From a virus (taxonomy: Duplodnaviria > Caudoviricetes): DNA of 64,000 nucleotides. Made by a program: the position numbers and the translations under genes. Below are positions 58,751 through 64,000 of the stretch, in pieces (the stretch's first letter is position 1; each line of letters begins with the position of its first letter). Location of the stretch: the IMG/VR virus record IMGVR_UViG_3300027808_002667, positions 16,300 to 80,299 of that record; one strand, 5' to 3'. The notes below the pieces were generated by a model. The model had not been told where the DNA came from and made no database searches. It saw nothing but the letters and a program-made list of their open reading frames with translations.

Positions 58751-60127
58751 TTAAAATCCAGGATATTTGTATCTAATTGATCTTACATTTGGAATAGATG
58801 TAATTACAGCATTATGTGAAGTGTTGTCAATTGGACTAAACACATTGCCGGTATAATATGCGTTTATATTCTTTTCTCTGACCAACCCGTGTTGTTGTGG
58901 GAATGTTAGTGTAACTTGTCCATTTTTAACAATATATGTCCCTGTTAAAGATTCAGTGGGTAACCCGGGCACAATTATTGTATTTGCGCTATAATTTAAT
59001 CCAGGTTCAATAATTTCTATATTTGTGATTGAACCAAATCTATTTACACTATTAATTTTTGCTTTTGCAAGAATACCTGTCCCGTCAGTAATAGTTATTA
59101 CATTGTCTTTTTTATAACCCAACCCACCGTCAACAATATCTATTCTACTAACAATTGAATATAGTCTTGCGGTTAATTTAGTTGTTGTGAATTGTTCGCC
59201 CGTGAGTAATATAGTTTTTGTTGCCGTAATTTGTTCGTCTGCTAAAAACTCTCCAATAATACTAGTTGTATCTAGCATTAGTTCATATACATCAAATCCG
59301 TTTAAATCAATTTTGATTACTTTATTGACAATTGCCTTTGCCTTTGACGTTATACCTACTATTTCAGTATTTTCAAAATCAAAAATGTTTTGTCTACCGG
59401 TAATTTGTTTAACCCGTAAGGCTCTCGGAGTAATCAATTTTCCATCAGATGATTTTAAAACTATATCATAAGGATAGAAGAAATCTATAGATTCTCTATA
59501 CAAAACATTGAACAATAATCTATATGCCGGCTCAGTTCCTTTTTTGCTATAGATTTCTCGTATTTTCTTTATTAACAACCTGTTGTTTGCACTGTTAGAA
59601 ACAGTTAAATCGCTTGCATAATTTTGAATAAATCTAGTAACTAAATTTTCTGTTGTTTCATCTATGTCGGCGTATTTAGAAATGTCTTGTAGTATTTCCT
59701 GCGCTTGATTGTTTTGTTCTAAAAATTCATAATATGCTTTTATAAATGTAACAAACATTCCATAGTCGGATTGTATAAAATCTGGTAATTGATCCTCAAC
59801 TAAAATCGACAATCTATTTTGTATTCGTTTAAAGGGATTTTCTGCACCATTGCCATCGTGCAAGGTATAAATTAAAGGATCTTTTAATTGTGCTAAATTC
59901 TTAAAACTATCGGGAATATAAAATTCACCTGTTCTACCATAGAATGTTAGTGTTTGATAAATGCCTTTGCCTGTTCTATCTATATCCGCTTGTATTGCTT
60001 CTTTACGTGTAGTGTATAACGGATAAAACCATCCTTCTTGATAGCCAGCAAAACTTTCGGGTCTAGATGTCCCGTATAATTTTAAAGGGCCCAATAATGC
60101 ATCGAGCGCAAAAATATTTTCTGCCAT
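58751..60127 (-). CDS. Baseplate wedge initiator gp7-like, N-terminal part
   Basis: EDQLPDFI, FIKAYYEFLE, IYSKKGTEPAYRLLFNVLY and SSDGK. Confidence 0.7.
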   Translation of the reverse strand: MAENIFALDALLGPLKLYGTSRPESFAGYQEGWFYPLYTTRKEAIQADIDRTGKGIYQTLTFYGRTGEFYIPDSFKNLAQLKDPLIYTLHDGNGAENPFKRIQNRLSILVEDQLPDFIQSDYGMFVTFIKAYYEFLEQNNQAQEILQDISKYADIDETTENLVTRFIQNYASDLTVSNSANNRLLIKKIREIYSKKGTEPAYRLLFNVLYRESIDFFYPYDIVLKSSDGKLITPRALRVKQITGRQNIFDFENTEIVGITSKAKAIVNKVIKIDLNGFDVYELMLDTTSIIGEFLADEQITATKTILLTGEQFTTTKLTARLYSIVSRIDIVDGGLGYKKDNVITITDGTGILAKAKINSVNRFGSITNIEIIEPGLNYSANTIIVPGLPTESLTGTYIVKNGQVTLTFPQQHGLVREKNINAYYTGNVFSPIDNTSHNAVITSIPNVRSIRYKYPGF

Positions 60128-60128
60128 T

Positions 60129-61973
60129 TTATTGTGTTGTTACTGTTACTGTTAACCCAGCTACACGTTTGGATGTTGTATCTAATGTGCCATCATCTAT
60201 AATAAGTATTAAATCTTTTGTTGCGTTAATATCCAATTCTTCAATTTTAGCATAGAATCGAATATCGTTAGTATTTTCAATATAACCTGCAGGTGTTAAA
60301 ACTGCAATAGTTATTGTTCCATTAATATAATCAACGGTTCCCAGTGATGATACCAATAAACTATCTTCATATAGATCATATAAATTTAATTTGCTAGTAC
60401 CAGACGTTGTTAGCACATCTTTAAAATATACCGCCTTTATCTCATCATTTATTTCGTAATAAAACCCCGTAGACTGTATGCTTCCTGATAATAATTTATT
60501 TGCAAATTTTATAATTGTTGCGCCGGTATAACTATTTGATATATTGACTACGGGCGTTATTCTTTTATGAATTCTAAAATTTGTTACGTTACCAACAATA
60601 GATGAGTTAATTGAATCTATTGTTTTAGATAATTTAGAATACACAAAATCTCTATCAAATTTTTGTAGTTCTGTAGAAAAATATTCCTCAATTTTTGCTT
60701 TAACTAAGATTTGTATTTCGGGTGTAGTATATCTTGAATTTGCGGGATCGAATTTTACTTTTGTGTCTAATGTAATATGTAGATAATTTGGGTCAACAAA
60801 TTCAGGTATGATAGACATTATTTTTTTATCTTGCAAAATGTCTTGTAATATTTTATTTTTAAGTTCTGTATTAATAGTGTAACCAAAATATGGCTTCAAT
60901 GAAATAATAACTTTACCATATTTTGGTGGGATGTTTTCTTCTCCGCCCCAAACCGATACAGATTCAACCAACGGATAATTTGATTCAATAATTGCCTTAT
61001 AATCTTTTGCTGTTACTGCTCTATTGAATGAAGATAGGAAACGAGGAGCTTTAAATTTAATGTCTTCTAGTGTGTCTGGTTCAGCACCGCCCGTTGAGTT
61101 TGTTGCTGCTATTATAGTAGACCCCAAATTAACACCGCCTACAAGAGCCCCCAACGAAAATCTTTGTTCTATCTCTCCAGATACATTACAAGCGGAACCA
61201 TTACTAATTAAGTATTCAATTTTTACTAAATTGCCAGATACCAATCTCTTGCCCAAAACATTGTCACCGAAGAATATTTCATAGAAACCAGATGGATTTT
61301 CTTCTAAGAAAAACACTTTTGATTCAGACGATAATGCTTCTAAATTATCTGTTAGAGTATAACTTTGAGTTGTTAGATCAGTGTACGAATTTTGAACTGT
61401 TACTCTAATTGTAGTTGTATCTATATTTTTATTTGGTATTGTATATTTTTCTTCAGGACCAGAAACATCAACTCTATAAACATAACTTAATGCCTCTCCC
61501 TCTACTATCTCAACATCCGTAAATGTATAAACACCATTTGTTGGTTTTATTGTTATTGAATCTAAGTTTGAAAAAGTATACTGAGTATTATTAATTGTTG
61601 TAGTAAACGGTGAAAACTTAGGCAGTGTTAAAATTGGAGGGGTATCTACCGGATTATTAATTGTGAATGAAACTTTTGCTTTAGCACTTCTATAAGATAA
61701 TGGTCTATATCCTAAATGTTTTGCAATCGATACTGCAGATTCTCTTTTCACAACAGAATCTAAAAACATTTCATTTGCGACCATATTTGCCAAGTACGCA
61801 TTATAATGTGTATTGTATGATAACAAATCTATAAGTATAGATAAACTAGATGCTTCAAAATCATAATCTTTAAAAATAAGATTATTATCTTTATCTCTAT
61901 AGTTTGTTAAAAATTGTTTGAGATTGACTTTAATATCATCAAAGTCTAATTCTGCTAATCTGTAATTTGCCAT
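60129..61973 (-). CDS. gp6: Baseplate wedge protein gp6
   Basis: ELDFDDIK, DYDFEAS, LSYNTHYNAY, RAVTAKDY and WGGEEN.P.YGKV. Confidence 0.96.
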   Translation of the reverse strand: MANYRLAELDFDDIKVNLKQFLTNYRDKDNNLIFKDYDFEASSLSILIDLLSYNTHYNAYLANMVANEMFLDSVVKRESAVSIAKHLGYRPLSYRSAKAKVSFTINNPVDTPPILTLPKFSPFTTTINNTQYTFSNLDSITIKPTNGVYTFTDVEIVEGEALSYVYRVDVSGPEEKYTIPNKNIDTTTIRVTVQNSYTDLTTQSYTLTDNLEALSSESKVFFLEENPSGFYEIFFGDNVLGKRLVSGNLVKIEYLISNGSACNVSGEIEQRFSLGALVGGVNLGSTIIAATNSTGGAEPDTLEDIKFKAPRFLSSFNRAVTAKDYKAIIESNYPLVESVSVWGGEENIPPKYGKVIISLKPYFGYTINTELKNKILQDILQDKKIMSIIPEFVDPNYLHITLDTKVKFDPANSRYTTPEIQILVKAKIEEYFSTELQKFDRDFVYSKLSKTIDSINSSIVGNVTNFRIHKRITPVVNISNSYTGATIIKFANKLLSGSIQSTGFYYEINDEIKAVYFKDVLTTSGTSKLNLYDLYEDSLLVSSLGTVDYINGTITIAVLTPAGYIENTNDIRFYAKIEELDINATKDLILIIDDGTLDTTSKRVAGLTVTVTTQ

Positions 61974-62372
61974 TTATCGTACTCTACTTAGTAAAGTTGT
62001 AATTGTTATTGGATTGTCTGTATTCTTTAAAGCAAATACTATATTCACAAGTAAATCGTTCTCTTCAACTGTTTCCGAAACATTCACCTCTATTAATCTA
62101 ACTCTTGTTTCAAATTTTGTTATTGATTGCTGTATAGTTCTTTCCATTGCAAGTTTTACTGCTGGCGAAAAGTTTTCAAATAACAATGAATGTACTTGTG
62201 TCCCTATCTCAGGGTGAAAAGGTCTTTCAAAATTTCGTGTTTGTATTAGATGTTTTAAAGCTGTTTTAACTGCCTCTTCATCTGTTTTTAGATATAGGTC
62301 TTTGGTAAAGGGGTTGACTTTGAACGAAAGATCCAAATCTACAAAAGTTTTTATCGATTTTTGTGTTGCCAT
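61974..62372 (-). CDS. gp25: Baseplate wedge subunit gp25
   Basis: DLDLSF, ERPFHPEIG, LLFEN and FETRV. Confidence 0.93.
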   Translation of the reverse strand: MATQKSIKTFVDLDLSFKVNPFTKDLYLKTDEEAVKTALKHLIQTRNFERPFHPEIGTQVHSLLFENFSPAVKLAMERTIQQSITKFETRVRLIEVNVSETVEENDLLVNIVFALKNTDNPITITTLLSRVR

Positions 62373-62384
62373 AATTGATATTTA

Positions 62385-64000
62385 TTAACCTAGATTTACC
62401 AATTTATTGTATTTGGATTGATGGTTCACAAATGTTTGAACAGGCGCTTTTGTTGATTTTACCAATGAGCCTTTGTCAGATAAGAAAGCAACGTGTATCC
62501 ATGCAACTCTAATTTTATCTGTTCCTTCATATGTTTCATATTCTAAAAGAACTTGTCTGTGGGGCACGTTTGCTGTAATCCAAGCTGCAATATCCTTAAT
62601 ATCGCTAATTTTTTTATTTGGCCAAACTAAATCTGCAGCAGCACCTATTCCATGATCGCTACCATTTGTGCCAATTCTAAATCCGCTACTAATAATCATC
62701 CCCGGATATTTTGCATTAATCGGCTCCAAAACATTTTCCGCCAACTGTATTAGATTACAAACAATATCTTGCTCCTGCAATCCTCGTTGTGCTTGCAAGG
62801 CTGGTCCAAATTTTCCAACTAACAAATTGCCAAGAGTAAACGATTTTGATAATTTAAATGATCTAGGAAAACTGTTATTAAACTTAGTGCATATCTCACA
62901 ATCTGCTTGTAATATTTTTGCGTTCGATGTACCACCAAAACTCCTAGTAGTAGCCAGGTCTGACGCTTTAGGAGTTAGTTGAATATCGTTTGATATTTCA
63001 CCTGCTGCTTCTCTTTGCTTATTATATGCATCCGCTTCTGGTTCTGCGGAATCGAATAAGAATGAATCATCATTTAAAGCTTTTCTTTGCAATACAGGTA
63101 TTTGTGTAGTATTGGGTGTCTTCTTTTTTGGCGGCGTTAATACACCCAATGCGATTGCTTTTATAATATTAGCACCCATTTTTGTTTTTATTATTGCAGC
63201 ATCAATTAATAATGTCAATCCACCTTTTAAACTTAATGTGCCAGTAGAACTAGACTGAAGATTTAAGTCGGCACTAGATTTAATATTAATTGCGCCGCCG
63301 CTAGATCTCATGCTTATACTTTTTCCTTGTATATTGATAGCACCTTCTGATGCAATATCTATACCTTTTTTTGCAGTTACAATCGCTGTTTCTGCAACTA
63401 CGGCCATATTGCCTGCAGATTGAACTAAAGTATCGCCGTGTCCTGTTACCGACAAATCTCCCTCAACTTCTATAACAGCATTGTCCTTGACTAATATACT
63501 TGTTTTACCTTCAACCGTTAAACAATGAGCGCCTTTAACATAAACAAAATTATTACGATCCATTATCTCATAATTTTCGCCTACCGTTTTTCTAACCATT
63601 GAACCATTAACATCTATTTCAATGTAGGTTCCTTTTTTGTGGAACACCTGTATTCTTTCAGCATTAGGTGTACTATCTATTTCTATTACATGGCCGGCTT
63701 CTGTTTCTATTACTTGATTATATGGGTAATTTCCTGCAAATGCCGATTCTGGCTCATCCCAAGTTTGAGATGTTTTTGCCAATTGTATATTTTCTATCTT
63801 ATTATTTTCTTTTACTTGAAAAGATAAATGCGACCTATCACCTACTGCAAGTTTATTAACATCGGATAACCCATCATATTCAAATTTTGGATATTTTTTA
63901 TTTGGATCTTCAAACCCTCTTACCTTAGACAACTCTTCATTATTTAGTGTAGATGTATTTGGTAAATAATTGCCCGCTTCTTCATATGTTCTAAGAAACT
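62385..64000 (-). CDS. gp5: Baseplate hub/spike gp5 with a C-terminal peptidase M15 domain (N-terminus outside the window)
   Basis: YPYNQVIETEAGHVIEIDSTPNAERI and beta-helix repeats; C-terminal LEPI..ISSGFR..SDHGIGAAAD..WIHVAF. The frame stays open upstream to the window edge. Confidence 0.88.
   Translation of the reverse strand, partial: FLRTYEEAGNYLPNTSTLNNEELSKVRGFEDPNKKYPKFEYDGLSDVNKLAVGDRSHLSFQVKENNKIENIQLAKTSQTWDEPESAFAGNYPYNQVIETEAGHVIEIDSTPNAERIQVFHKKGTYIEIDVNGSMVRKTVGENYEIMDRNNFVYVKGAHCLTVEGKTSILVKDNAVIEVEGDLSVTGHGDTLVQSAGNMAVVAETAIVTAKKGIDIASEGAINIQGKSISMRSSGGAINIKSSADLNLQSSSTGTLSLKGGLTLLIDAAIIKTKMGANIIKAIALGVLTPPKKKTPNTTQIPVLQRKALNDDSFLFDSAEPEADAYNKQREAAGEISNDIQLTPKASDLATTRSFGGTSNAKILQADCEICTKFNNSFPRSFKLSKSFTLGNLLVGKFGPALQAQRGLQEQDIVCNLIQLAENVLEPINAKYPGMIISSGFRIGTNGSDHGIGAAADLVWPNKKISDIKDIAAWITANVPHRQVLLEYETYEGTDKIRVAWIHVAFLSDKGSLVKSTKAPVQTFVNHQSKYNKLVNLG

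Noticed and set aside
3963-63859. Numerous plus-strand ORFs of 60-155 aa in the ORF track (e.g. 4790..5161, 6575..6985, 23872..24339, 38071..38499)
   Set aside because: All lie antisense to well-supported minus-strand genes, lack recognisable motifs or RBSs, and show antisense-shadow composition.
62385-63932. gp5 starting at the TTG at 63932, as in the ORF track
   Set aside because: The frame is open to the window edge and the N-terminal OB-fold region is missing, so the gene starts outside the window.
1-64000. CRISPR arrays, tRNAs, introns, inteins, homing endonucleases, integrases or IS elements
   Set aside because: No spaced direct repeats, cloverleaf sequences or interrupted core genes were seen. 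gp17, UvsW, gp20 and gp23 have normal lengths.

Overview
A 64-kb segment of a large T4-like (Tevenvirinae-related) myophage genome. Essentially all genes lie on the minus strand, and the plus-strand ORFs look like shadows. In transcription order (right to left) the window holds four blocks. (1) A near-complete virion morphogenesis module: gp5, gp25, gp6, split gp7, gp8, a split DUF4815/VrlC-like baseplate protein, tail fibre and accessory proteins, gp13-gp23 and gp3, with TATAAATA late promoters. (2) uvsY, uvsW and the late sigma factor gp55. (3) Between gp55 and gp47, where T4 keeps its DNA alpha-glucosyltransferase, a DNA-modification island: queE, folE, a DEDD exonuclease, a GT-A glycosyltransferase, a TGT-fold DpdA-like transglycosylase, a DpdL-like QueD paralogue, a GT-B glycosyltransferase, galE and queD. 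No queC is present in the window. (4) gp47/gp46, a sigma70-driven metalloprotease-VWA plus MoxR AAA+ pair, a GDP-fucose/colitose glycan island with about 8 glycosyltransferase-like genes, and the start of the gp45 sliding clamp. The strongest candidate for an undescribed system is a possibly glycosylated 7-deazaguanine DNA hypermodification pathway. Its transglycosylase and GT-A enzyme both end in gp45 clamp-binding-like motifs, and folE and queD have structured leaders. Also notable are a baseplate protein ending in a long hydrophobic segment plus an S74 autocleavage domain, an SSB-tail-like C-terminus on the AAA+ ATPase, and an antisense sigma70 promoter in the neck genes. All family assignments come from motif recognition by eye; no database searches were run.
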